Source of the DNA: Eledone cirrhosa
Taxonomy: Eukaryota
NCBI GenBank assembly: GCA_964016885.1
Contig: OZ024742.1
Coordinates: forward strand, 176,018,001-176,082,000
Reading direction: 5' to 3'
DNA: 64,000 nucleotides
Part shown: piece by piece, positions 13,535 through 26,340 of the stretch
Numbering within the stretch: position 1 is the stretch's first letter
Layout of the letters: each line of letters begins with the position of its first letter
Position numbers and translations under genes: made by a program
Notes under the pieces: generated by a model
What the model saw: the letters and a program-made list of their open reading frames with translations, nothing else
What the model was told of the DNA's origin: nothing
The model's database searches: none

Positions 13535-13843
13535 TTAACCTTTTGTTGCCAACATTGCCTGAAACTGCCAATGAATCTACATTACAAATTCGTTTATTTT
13601 TAAATGTTCATGTTTATCTAAAAATAACTTACACCATAATATAAGAAACTTTGTTTAGTTATATTCCAAGCACAATTTTAATAAGAAAGTTATTACTAAA
13701 TCCCACAAAGTTCTCTATATTTAAAATGACTTAAAACTCATAGGCAGTGTTTTTCATTAGAAATAAGGCAATCATCATCATCATCATCGTTTAACGTCTA
13801 TCTTCCACGCTAGTATGGGTTTAGACGGCAATGAAAGGGTTAA
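13535..13843. mobile_element. piggyBac-like MITE (~300 bp) with a nested RTE 3' tail
   Basis: TTAA|CCTTTT...AAAGGG|TTAA termini; internal (CAT)n...GCTAGTATGGGTT insert flanked by GGCAAT on both sides. Confidence 0.65.
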
Positions 13844-15188
13844 ATAAATCCATAGCTAGTGCATGTGATTAGCTCTTTATGAAAGCTCTATACTATGTAC
13901 CCACTTCTCCAAAATAAAATAATTTCAACTGACAGTTTGGCAAACTGAGGAACCTAGTTTTAAACACTTCTTGCTCTAACCACTTTAAGAACATTACTAA
14001 GATTGCATTTTCTTACTTACACGATCCATACACACACACATCCACTAAATTTCAACAGCATATGACCCTCTCTACCAGTTTATATGTTTTCAATATGCCA
14101 TTATGTGACAAAAATGGTGAGCATTTTTATTTAATGATTACATGAAATTATAAAATGAATTATACAAATTTGTATAAACTGTGTTCTATTAACGTTCACT
14201 CATGTGTAGTTGGCCTTAATCATAGAACTCTGAATTCCCACTCTATACTGTAAAGTGATTATGTGGGTATCATGACAAAAAGCATGCACCATAGACTGTA
14301 AATGTGATTGACGTTAGGGAGGGCATCCAGCCATAGAAACCAAGCGAAAATCAGTTCTGTATGAGCAAAATATGCTCATCTGACCTGGCTTGCCTCACAA
14401 TGAGACAACTCATCTAACCCATGCTCAAGTGGACAAATGGACGTTAAACAGTGATCATGATGATACACACGAACACACACACACACATATATATATATAT
14501 CGTGTAGTAATAGGTAGGTACAATATGGAAATTCAAAGACCAGGACATAGACTTCTTCATTAAATGGAATATACTAGAAAAATATCAACCATATATAAAT
14601 GGGCTGAAGGCCTACAGATTATGCAATGATGAGAAATGATGGATGTTGGATACTCTCCACAGCAATAACACCACTTAAGACAAGTACAGAGTTTTTTGCA
14701 CAATGTCCTCACATTTCTAAAGTACCTTTTAATGAACTGGCCTCCTTAATATTGATTTACATCTTTCTTAATCTATCGATTTTTTCTTAGTCCCATCATA
14801 ATTATTAGTTAATTTTGTTTGCATCGTTTGTTTGCATCTTTTCGGCCAAATTGTCTCCTTTAGACCATCCAGAATATTAGACCCTGATTAGGCCTTCCTC
14901 TCTTTGTTCTGTATTTTTTTTTTTTTTTTAGTATACATTATCCAGTATATTTTCATTGGCACAGGTTGAACAAGTTGGTACTCATGGCAAACACCACGTA
15001 CATACCTGGTATGGCATCGTTGTAGTATTTATAACATATATATATAAATATATATATATATATGGAAAGTTATATTTAAATTGTTGGGTTACAACTAGTA
15101 AATATTTATAACTGATATAAAAGCACTCAACAAGTATTTGGAGTATATTTACGATATTAAATAAATGGAAACTATATTTATAAAACCA

Positions 15189-15263
15189 TATTTATTTCAT
15201 TATATATATTTCAGGGATATCATATTAACAATATGTTATGCCTTCTTCAGACAAAATACAATA
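15189..15263 (-). ncRNA. Minimal type-I hammerhead ribozyme (3' pLTR copy)
   Basis: Minus strand: TATTGTATTTTGT-CTGAAGA-stem II(AGG..CATATT/AATATG..CCT)-GAAA-T-ATAT-ATA-ATGAAATAAATA; stem I pairs; palindromic loop III. Confidence 0.85.
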
Positions 15264-15582
15264 TAGACAGTTTTATAGATAAATAGATTTGACATACCGT
15301 TCAACATCGACTTGTATTTGAAAAAGTTGATTTGGCAGTGAAAAATTGTAAACAGAAAGAAAGAAAGAAAGAAAGAAGGAAAGAAAGAAAGAAAGAAAGA
15401 AGGAAAACGAAGAAAAAGAAGAAAAAGAAGAAATGCATGCAACAAAATAGAGAGATGGAAAGATAGATGAAGAGAAGAACTTCATGTAAAGAAACAGAGA
15501 GAGATATAGAGAGAGAGGAAATAGATAGAGATAGATATATATAGAGAAAAGTAGGTAGTTGGACGACGTATCAATGATACCT

Positions 15583-15625
<43 letters not shown>

Positions 15626-16654
15626 GCTCTAGTAATAATGTAAGGGAGATATATGTCGTTAGGAAAGAAACCAGCCGTTATATAGAGAGAAAAATGAAAA
15701 GTAACCAGACATAGGCGAGGCAGAATTCAAAAACCCTATGTTTTAATGTAGAAGTATTAGTTCGTATAAAAACCAGGCACTATAATGTAAATATCAGTAT
15801 TCCTGAATGAGACACGTATCTATAATGTGTGAAAAGTAATGATCTTATGTCTAGTTTTAAAAATTCATATGTTTATATGATAACTACAAACATCGATGTG
15901 AATTTACGTGATCAACTCTGCAAACCCCTATTTCACACGGAGAACATTCTCATTGTGCTATAAAAATTTAAGTATACATATATGTGTATATATACACACA
16001 TATATATAGAGTCTATATTAATTTTAACAATACTATTCTTGTCTTTACTCTACATGATTATCTATCAAGCAGAAATAGAGAACAGATTTCAATATATTAA
16101 TAAAAATATCAGAAACAAAAACAAAAAATACAAAAAATAATAATAATAATAATAATAAAAATAAACAAATAAATAAAATAGAAAACTAAAAAATATTATA
16201 TATTAAAAATGAAAATATTAAAAATATTAAAAAATATTATTAAAAAATATTAAAATAATAAAAATAAAAATAAAAACATAATATGCCACGCAAATCGACC
16301 ACAAAGATCAACCCTTCAAAATTAATTGACAATATATTGCCAAGTTCATTATAAGCATCAGAGTCGAAAACAGATAAAGCTAAAAATTATTTACCAAATT
16401 GCGTCTAGCAGAAATCATTTCAAAAGTTTAGGATGCCCAATTTGGTCTACATATGTTCTTATATTTAATATAGAAGTTTATCTAGTGTAACGTTTATTCG
16501 ATATATTTGGAGCATCAACTTTTAGAGTAGTTTAATTTTTCATGAAGAATGTTTAAAATAAAAATAAAAATTAAAATAAAAAGAAGAATAAAAAGAAGAA
16601 ATCGAAAGATTTATCGGCTAGTTTCCCAAATAATTACAAATCAAACTAAATATA

Positions 16655-18345
16655 CTACATTTTAAATTTAAATTTATATTTAAAAGTTGAGTTCAATCTA
16701 TGTTTGCAGCAACTGAATAAATTTGTCCGTAGAATAAGGGAATTTTTAGATTTTAGTATAAAGAATATCTCCTCCGCGCAGAGGTCACATGTCTCAGAGG
16801 ATGAATTAAAAGGAATCCCTCTTGAGGCTATATTCCAAGCCGTCGAATATCTAACGTTATCTTGCCTAAGTTGCCAGAGTACGCCTGATAGTGCTGTTGA
16901 AGATTTTTTGCGTGGATCTGTGAAAGAATTCTTGTGGTTATTATAGCGAAGTTTAAATTCCGTCGATGTGGAACCGACGTAGTTAAAAGAATTAGAGTCC
17001 GTTTTAACATTACAGTTGTATATTATATTTTTAACTAAGCAGTTGTTATTTAACGGACATTTAGATCTATCTCTACAGTTACATTTGTTAACTTGTATAT
17101 TATTTATGCTATTATCGCTAGGTTTTAAGTTCCTATTATTTATTCTATTAATATTTTGTGCTAAATTTTTGGTGGATGAGTAGGTTAATTTTATAGTATG
17201 TCTATTGAAAATTGAGTGATACCTATGTGTTCTAGGGAAGCGATTATCAAGAGCTTTAAAAAATAGTTTAGCGATGTGGGTTTTAATGTTTAGTGAGAAA
17301 GGGGGGGGCAAACCATATTATGTTCCTAGTTCTATTTCTTTTTTGGCTTTTGGAATTATTGTAATGCTTTCTATTATAGTTGTTAAGATTGTGGCCGTAA
17401 TTAAAATAGTTGTTATTTTGTTTAGTTTGTCTATCATTATCTATGTACATAATCTTATCACTATATCCTGCTCTAGCTAACGCTTCATTGTAGTACTGGG
17501 CTTTTTCGTCGAAAATCTTTCTATTAGACGAGATTCTAGAGATACGTTTTTGAACAGAGTTTACTATAGTGTTTTTGACAGATCTGAGGTGGTTAGAGTT
17601 AAAGCTGAGATAGTTTAAGTTTTCATTCAACTTGTGAAATGGATAGTGAAGACATGTGTTGAGATTTAATGTTATATCTAGGAAATTGACTATTCTATGG
17701 TTGTTCTCAATTTCTATTTTTAGATTAAAGTAATTAAAAAATTGTGTAATTTGTTTTCTTTTTCTATTTAGTTCAGAGTTATTATTATCAATAAGTAAAA
17801 TTGATCTTCGGTTTCCTGGGCACGAAAGGTTGTGTTCTGTTCTCAATTTCCAACTCGTGCATTATACAAGATGCTTCAACATTCATTTTCTCAAGCTCGG
17901 CCTTATCTGCTACCTTGTACTTTTTCCTCAGTTCCTTCAGTATGAGGCCATTATACATGTCTTTCTGCACTCCATAGAGGTTGTTGGTCTTGTCAGATTT
18001 CACCAAGATCTTCTCAGTTTTCTCTAAGCTCTCAATATTATCCTTAATGCCTTTCAGATATTCCTGGCCTTTGAAGTTTCTCTTGAATTTGACCCCTTGT
18101 ATGATAGAAATTATATCGTTTTCAAAGTCAGATAAAAGTTTGTTAGGGGGTGGATTTCTTTTAGATTTGAAAACTTTGTTTAAGTCCGAGACATTTTCAT
18201 TTATATTAGATTTATCGAAGTGGAATGCTCGCCACCTGATTCTCCTTATAAAAGAGTCAGATTTATCTATTAATTGTTTTATAAAGTCTTTGTTTCTAGG
18301 TAGAGGTATGTCTTTTAAAGAGGAAGTAATCTTAAAGAATTCCAT
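16655..18345 (-). pseudogene. PLE polyprotein in three frames: N-terminus, RT thumb, Cys-rich linker and GIY-YIG endonuclease; RT palm deleted
   Basis: SLKDIP...FIRRIRWRAF; VNFLDITLNL...YLSFNSNH; IIWFAPPF; CNCRDRSKCPLNNNCL; NIIY...YVGSTSTEFKLRYNNH; CDLCAEE; no (Y/F)xDD motif. Confidence 0.9.
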
Positions 18346-18519
18346 TTTTTCAGTTATAATATAAAGCGCTCAACAGTATTGGAGCAAGATACATGGAAAG
18401 TTATATTTAAATTGTTGGGTTACAACTAGTAAATATTTATAACTGATATAAAAGCACTCAACAAATATTTGGAGTATATTTACGATATTAAATAAATGGA
18501 AACTATATTTATAAAACAA

Positions 18520-18594
18520 TATTTATTTCATTATATATATTTCAGGGATATCATATTAACAATATGTTATGCCTTCTTCAGACAAAATACAATA
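18520..18594 (-). ncRNA. Minimal hammerhead ribozyme (5' direct pLTR copy)
   Basis: Same sequence as 15189-15263, 3331 nt away in the same orientation. Confidence 0.85.
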
Positions 18595-18805
18595 TAGACA
18601 GTTTTATAGATAAATATTCCTCATATAGGAATACTGATATTTACATTATAGTGCCTGGTTTTTATACGAACTAATACTTCTACATTAAAACATAGGGTTT
18701 TTGAATTCTGCCTCGCCTATGTCTGGTTACTTTTCATTTTTCTCTCTATATAACGGCTGGTTTCTTTCCTAACGACATATATCTCCCTTACATTATTACT
18801 AGAGC

Positions 18806-18836
<31 letters not shown>

Positions 18837-19140
18837 AGGTATCATTGATACGTCGTCCAACTACCTACTTTTCTCTATATATATCTATCTATTTCCTCTC
18901 TCTATATATCTCTCTCTGTTTCTTTACATGAAGTTCTTCTCTTTATCTATCTTTCCATCTCTCTATTTTGTTGCATGCATTTCTTCTTTTTCTTCTTTTT
19001 CTTCGTTTTCTTTCTTTCTTTCTTTCCTTCTTTCTTTGTTTCTTTCTTTCTGTTTACAATTTTTCACTGCCAAATCAACTTTTCAAATACAAGTCGATGT
19101 TGAACGTTATGTCAAATCTATTTATCTATAAAACTGTTTA

Positions 19141-19215
19141 TATTGTATTTTGTCTGAAGAAGGCATAACATATTGTTAATATGATATCCCTGAAATATAT
19201 ATAATGAAATAAATA
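19141..19215 (+). ncRNA. Minimal hammerhead ribozyme (inverted pLTR copy)
   Basis: CTGAAGA 19154-19160, GAAA 19192-19195, AUA triplet 19201-19203. Confidence 0.85.
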
Positions 19216-19252
19216 TGGTTTTATAAATATAGTTTCCATTTATTTAATATCG

Positions 19253-19297
<45 letters not shown>

Positions 19298-22200
19298 GCA
19301 GGGACATAGAAATACCCAGTTTGATGCCCGAGTGCACATTAGCCAACCGGGAATGGGAGGCCCCTAGTTCTTGTTAGGACATCATTCTATAAGGAAAACT
19401 CTGATGTAAAACCTACAACTTGATGGCAGATATGATGTTGACCTGTTCTTTTGGGATACCTGTCACCATTGTTCAGAAAGTAGAATTAGTCCAGTTCAAG
19501 GCCTTTCTTCACTTACAAAAGCTTCGATTACAGGCATCACTTGATCTAAATGTCTTTCACATGTTTGTGTAATCGTGGCTTCTTTTTTTTTTTCACTGCA
19601 TCATATGTAGGAAGGAATCTAAGTCCTGTTCATGCCACGCATATCTGAGAACAAGGTCAAAGGATAGCAATTATCAAATTCGAGATGAGACCAATATATA
19701 CATACATATATGCATGCTTGCTTGCATGTGTGTATGTGGTGGTAAATGTAAATGTAATGTAGTGTTTGGTGATTGAACTGAGACAATATAGTGTCTAACA
19801 TTTAGAATGTGATAACCTTTCTAGTGATGGTGCCACGAAAAACACACCCAGACTACGCCAAAATGGTAGTGCTGGTACCACGATGAAACTCAGCTATTAC
19901 ACATGGCAATATGGTAGTGCTGGTGCCATGAAGAATGCACCTGGTACACATTGCAAAGTCATGGCGCTAGTGCTACTCATAAATGCACCCAATACACACT
20001 GTAAAGTGGTTGGTGTTAGGAAGGGTGTTCAATCTAATCAATCTAAATAATATAGTTTAGATGGAAAAACCAGTATACCGTGTTATAGCAAGCAGTTGTG
20101 TGTGCACGTCTTCTCTCATTTTCTTCTCCGACTAGCTTGTTTTCTGGATTTTTTATTCTTTTGTAAATCGTATTTACTTTATAAATTGTGTTGATACCAG
20201 CAAATGTAAATACTAAGCATTTAATACAAGATGAGTACACGGACAGAATTAGATGATTAGTCATATATACGTCAACTTGATAAATAAATCACTGATACCA
20301 CACACACAAACATATATAATATAATATAGTATAACAAAAATAAATAAATAGCTAAATTAATAAATAAATAAATACACACACATATATATATCCTAATAAA
20401 CATTGCTTCTGTAGAAAGATAAAACAGTGGACATTTATAGAAGTTGAAAACGGAACGATCCGTTTATGATCCCAAAATATCAGTATGAAGATAATTTAGT
20501 TAGAAAGTGCTTTCGTTTATAGACTGTTACTTATTTATTCATGGATGGAGTGATTCTAATGAGTCGGAACCAACGTAAAGGCGAGCTAACAGGCAAACGG
20601 AATTTAACATGAAAGCCGCAAAGAGGAAAGAGAGAGAGGGGGGAGCGTCGGTCGATTTCTTAACGTTTTTATATAACATTCACAGGAAGATAAAGCAGTT
20701 AGTCTGATATAGTTTATAATATAATCAGTCGACAACAACAAAGTTTTATTATAGCTTCTAAACAAGCGGATTGTTTTACGTGCTGCTACGTCAGCATTTA
20801 TTATCTCAGTTAGCGATTAGCTCTGGGAGATATAATAATAAGAAAAAAAAGAATCAAATACAAGAATACGGATTATGGCTGAATTTTCAGCTCATTGATA
20901 CAAAAGAGAATATTAGAGAAAAACCAAGGCTTCTAATGCGGGAATTCACCAACTCGACTGCCAACACACACACACATATATACACTTACATGCATACACA
21001 CACACAAAGAGAGAGACTCATCCCATTAACCTACAATTCATCATTGTTAGATTAGTCCGACTGTTAATTTCAAGTGGGTCTATCAACATAGAACAATAGA
21101 TTTATATTTCAATAGAAATGCCAATAAATTCCAGATATTTTCTAAAGGAAACTTAAACTGGACTGATGTTTGGAGGCACAATGCTAAAAACATTTTAATT
21201 CTTCAAAGCAGTGCCGGGTTGACTTAATCTCAAAAGTTAACAGTTTAGTTCTCCCCCACCACCACCAATTCTCTTTTCCCCATAAGCTTCTTAACTCTTT
21301 TGTGACCATATTTCCAGTAAAAACATACTGGCTTTGTATTTTAATTATCAACATAATCGATAATTATGAGACGCGTTGTAAAATAACTATCTTTATTAAC
21401 AAAAGACAAATATTTAACTGAAATCTAATATCTGTCACATAATGAGATTTCAGACGATCATTTGCATTTAAATTTGTATTTGAACTCTGTAATGGAGGCG
21501 ATTTCCGCTGGGTTGTTGTTTAAAGGTTTTGAATACTTTTTAATGAAATTTTACAAAGATAAATCTTTTCATGATGTAGATTATGATTATGTTTATGAAA
21601 TTAAAATGTTTTGTTTTGTTTTTTCGCAATTCATTAGTTTTAGAGATGACATAAGGTTCCTGGTGAAAAACTATGCTATTATCCTAAATGAGTTTCATTA
21701 TCAACATGAAATTGGAAGGCACAATGAAAAATATTTCCTAGTTTACGTTTAGTCAACCTACTACAAACAAATGGAATGTATTCATGAAAGTATAATGCTT
21801 TTTTAATGATATTAGCATAATTGTAATTACACCATGGAATGCATCACTGCAAAATTTCATTTAAAATTACGCATTATGAAGAAAGTTACGAGAAATTCAT
21901 TGGGGAAGGCGAGACACTAGGCTGCAGGTATGCGTTCAAGCCGTGCATCTTGGCGCATAGCTTGATATTGAAATGTGTAATAAAACTCGCATTCTATAAC
22001 TTAGCTCCATATATTAACTACATTAGCAATTACAAATAATTTTTCTATATTATATATATTTCTACATTATTCTATATATAAATACCTATATTTGATAATT
22101 TTTTGAATTTAAGTAGAAAAAGTGCCAAAATATTTTTACTTGCTCTAAAATACACCGTAAGTAAAAAAAAAAAAAAATAATAATATTGGGAAGTATCTGT

Positions 22201-22622
22201 ATATTATGTACAAGTTCTCATTTGAGTCGCCACAGTCAGTGACTATTGCTATTTCTCATATATTGGTTGATATGATAAAAGTGTGTGTGTTGGTGGGGGG
22301 TCACTAGTCGAACGGAATAAAATTCTAAAATACCAGGAATTATCGACAAAGTATTTCTCACAACCAGTAGCGTTCAGAAGGTTTGGAGGAGCTGGTCTGT
22401 TGACAACGAAGTCCTGGGCATAGTTAACATTTCACCTTATAGAGATATCCGGTGATGTCGGTGAGGGTACTTGGTTGTTCCAGTACCTTAGCCTCGCTGT
22501 TGCATGCTGTGATATTGCCAGTGTGTTGGCTTAAATTAAAAAGTATTAACGGGAACATTTATGGTGTGTGACCGATTGACAGTGTTGAATTAATGTTCTT
22601 TCGTTTTGATTTTATATTTTTA

Positions 22623-23693
22623 CTAGCCGTGGTACGCGGCGTTGCACGGGATAAGGTATTTTGGAACGCGGGCCACCAACAGACCTAATCGTGGAAAAAC
22701 TGCATGCCTTGACAATATGTAAAGAAAATAAACCGAATACTCTGATAGCTGGATAATTTTTAAGATTTTCCTCGATGAAGCAGGAAAAATGCAGGTTTAC
22801 ACCCAATGCGGGCCCTAGGGGATCAAGAAAATAATTTTTTTAATCTGCATAATATGCCTTGAAATTTCGGGAAAATCGGCTAGACGTTACGCCTCCAAAA
22901 AGCCCTAAAAAGCTGAAAAAATGAAGTTGTTCACATAATGCTGGCCGTAGGCCATAAAAAGTTGGATTTTCTTTGCTCACGGTATGAAGAATGTACTGAA
23001 TAATACATAGTTACAATTTCAAAGAAATCGGCTAGACGTAACGCCTCCAAAAAGCCCTAAAAAGCTGAAAAAATGAAGTTCTTCACCTAAGGAGATAAAA
23101 AAGTTGGATTTTCTTTGCTGACGGTATGAAGAACAGACTGACTAATACATAGTTACAATTTCAAGGAAATCGGTCTGACGTAACACCTAAAAAAAAACCT
23201 AAAAAGCTTTTAAAATGTAGTTTTTTACCTAATGCGTGCCATAGGAGATCAAAAAGTTGAATTGTTTATGTGCATAACACTCCCTAAAACATATGTAATA
23301 CACATGAAAAGTTTGAAAAAAATTGGTTGGCTACTTCTCGAGTTTTAGGGATTCAAACTCACAGACACACACACGCACACACACAGACATCCTTAGGGAA
23401 GTGACGCAACGCAGACAGTCAGATATACAGACAGATATTATAAGGCCGTGACGTTATATGTATGTATCTATATAAAAAGAGAAAGACTAAGAATTATAGA
23501 GAGAGATCGCTAAATCGCCTAATGCGGTCCCTAGGGCATTGAACATTTGGAAATTTCTTTTGCTCAGAACACCTCCTGAAACATAAGTATTGCATGTGTA
23601 AAGTTTGAAAACAGTCGGTTGGGTGGTTCTCGAGTTTTAGGGATTCAAACCCACACACACACAGACAGACATCCTCAGTTTTATATATATAGA
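22623..23693 (-). mobile_element. Non-autonomous Helitron with internal ~150-bp tandem repeats
   Basis: Minus strand begins TCTATATATATAAAACTG and ends CCCGTGCAACGCCGCGTACCACGG-CTAG|T; internal repeats at ~22865-23260. Confidence 0.75.
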
Positions 23694-24207
23694 CTAGCAG
23701 AAAACCACCCGGTGGGCGGTTTTCTACTTGCAAATCTAGTGTATATACTGATATTGTTGTGATTTGGATGAGAAATGTTTTCGGCACCACATGTTCACCG
23801 TCGCTCGGTGTGTCTTTTATGCATGTATAAATATATATGTTATCTATACGGTGAAATCTTTGAAATAAATATATGTTAAAACGAAAAAGGAGAAAAAGAG
23901 ATTAGTGACGGAAATATAAACGTTATGATACATAAACGTTATGATATAACGATGGAAATATATAAACGTTTACGATAAAACTATGGAAACAGAAACGTTT
24001 ATATATAATGATAAGCCGAAACACTCGTAAGCCGAAACACTCGTAAGTCGAAACACTCGTAAAGCGACACGTATAAATAAAGATTAATGTAATGAATTTG
24101 AAAAGCATAGAGATTTGAAACCGCGTCTATTTGTTTCCTTGGCATTTTTTACAGACGGAGAGACAGACAAACAAACAGAGAAATGCCCATTATATATTAT
24201 AAGTAGA
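23694..24207 (-). mobile_element. Non-autonomous Helitron
   Basis: Begins TCTACTTATAATATATAATG and ends with hairpin AGAAAACCGCCCACCGGGTGGTTTTCT followed by G-CTAG; internal 16-bp repeats AAGCCGAAACACTCGT. Confidence 0.75.
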
Positions 24208-24421
24208 CTTGGCATGGTATCAAGTCAGAACCGCCTCGAACTGGTTACTTCTGGCTTGTGCAAGGTGTCTCTATAGCAACCAGCGATTCCTTCGGCCTCA
24301 GTGACCAAAGTCAGTGGAGAGTGGAAGGTAATTTTTCTATAGCAACAGTGTTTCTCTTGGTAGTACCAAAGTGGAGAAAGCAAGGGGAAGGTAGACAAAC
24401 AGAGAAATGCCCATATATTTC

Positions 24422-24484
<63 letters not shown>

Positions 24485-24731
24485 ATAATAATAAAATTGA
24501 AGACTAAAATCCAGAGAGGGCTCGATAAGGAAAATATATATCAAATATATAAGAACCGAAGAGCAAATATATATATATATATATTACACACACAGAAATG
24601 TATATATATTTCTTAGAACAAAATTATTATTAATGTTTTGCTGTTCATAACAATTGGAATTGAAAAATTACTTTTGAAATTATTAGTTATTTTACTAATG
24701 CTTAGATATGCAAAAATGAAGCAATGTTTCT

Positions 24732-24922
24732 AATAATTGTTTCTACTTTTGGCACAAGGCCCGCAATTACCCAGTACATTACTGGTACTTTACTTTATCG
24801 ACCCCGTGAGGATGAAAGGCAAAGTTAGCCTCGGCGGTATTTGAACTCAGACCATAAAGGGACGTAACTCCATTCTATGAAGCATGGTGTCCGACTCTCT
24901 ACAGATTCTGCCAATCCACCGC
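24732..24922 (-). mobile_element. tRNA-derived SINE
   Basis: Reverse complement of the 10019 family. Confidence 0.9.
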
Positions 24923-25157
24923 CCTAATGTCTGTACGTAATGAGGGAGTGAGAGGTTAGAGAAAGAAAGGCAGAGGTGAAGTGACGAAGTGACTCTCTCC
25001 TCCTCCTCCTCCATCTCCCCATTCGTCAGAGCGATAAAGGGGAGGAATGTTAGTGTGTTACAAAGAGAAAGAGTGAGAGTGAGAGAAACAGACAGACTAA
25101 AAGAGAGGGATAGCTGGAGAGAGAGAGATAGCAACAGATACAGTACAGTAGCTAAGG

Positions 25158-25301
25158 GATGTATATATATTTCTGTGTGTATATATATATACATTTCTGT
25201 GTGTGTAATATATATATATATACACACAGAAATATATATACATTTCTGTGTGTGCAATATATATATATATATATACACACACGGAATTATATATATATTT
25301 C

Positions 25302-25344
<43 letters not shown>

Positions 25345-25553
25345 CACACACAGAAATGTATATATATTTCTGTGTGTATATATATATATATATATATAAC
25401 ACACACAGAAATGTTTATATATTTCTGTGTGTATATATATATATTACACACACAGAAATGTATATATATATTTCTGTGTGTATATATATATATATTTCTG
25501 TGTGTGTATATATATATATATTACACACACACATAAATGTATATATGTTTCTG
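25158..25553. repeat. Alternating-orientation minisatellite (TTTCTGTGTGTG / CACACAGAAA separated by (TA)n)
   Basis: Motif and its reverse complement recur more than 10 times. Confidence 0.85.
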
Positions 25554-26117
25554 TAGCACTCCTCAATTCACCCTCTCTCCCTCCCGCTATCCCCCTCTTG
25601 TAGTCAGTATCTTTCTTTCACTCTCTCTCTACGCGTCGTGTGCGCAAAAAACATTCGCACACGCGCACGTGTTTCCACTGTCGGACAGACAGACAGAGAA
25701 ATTGCTGGTTATATATTATAAGGAGATATGAAATATTTATGTGTTGGATATTTATTTGAGTGTATACTGTCATTCTGTAAGAGTTATAAATTGTGTGTAA
25801 TGTTATTTATATAATTGTAAATAAATATATTTTTTACCATATCTCGTTAAGCAAAACTATAGCACGAATTAGCGAGAACTTATATATTCACGTTTTAGCG
25901 TTAGAATAACCGCAATAACAAATTTACAATATGTTAGGGTTATGTTTCAAGAGAAAGATATTTGTGGTGCTATTAAGTTAGATAAGGCCTGGGCCAATAC
26001 TGACCGAAACCCATCACAGTTACTTTACATGTTTGCATAAGAAAGCTGTATAAGTGTGATATTCACGTAATGGCGACTCGCTAGTGAATCCTTAACATTC
26101 CTTGATAACTATCATTA

Positions 26118-26300
26118 TTGGATTGGCAGTATCGGTAGAGGGTCGAACGCCATGCTTTGCAGCATAGATTTACCGCCCGTTATGATCTGAGTTCAAATCC
26201 TGCCGAGGTTAACTTTGCCTTTCATCCTTACGGAGTCGATAAAATAAAGTACCAGTAATGCACTGGGTAATTGTGGCCTTGTGCCAAATGTAGAAACAAT
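26118..26300 (+). mobile_element. tRNA-derived SINE
   Basis: Same family as 10019. Confidence 0.9.
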
Positions 26301-26340
26301 TAATTATAATATATAATAATAATAATATAATTTTCTATTT

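Larger units (their letters stand above)
15062..19253 (-). mobile_element. Penelope-like element with direct and inverted pseudo-LTRs, inserted in (TA)n
   Basis: 15062-15285 directly repeated at 18393-18616; ~15150-15810 inverted at ~18627-19253; encloses PLE ORF remnants; (TA)n on both flanks. Confidence 0.93.
24208..25726 (-). mobile_element. Probable third Helitron (3' end degenerate) containing a SINE and a minisatellite
   Basis: 5' end A|TCTCCTTATAATATATAACCAGCAATTTCTCTGTCTGTCTG resembles the neighbouring element's 5' end; 3' end reads CAAG instead of CTAG. Confidence 0.5.

Noticed and set aside
15150-19253. Long terminal inverted repeats as a DNA transposon (Polinton/foldback)
   Set aside because: Enclosed ORF is PLE-type, and the arms are asymmetric pLTRs with an additional direct copy
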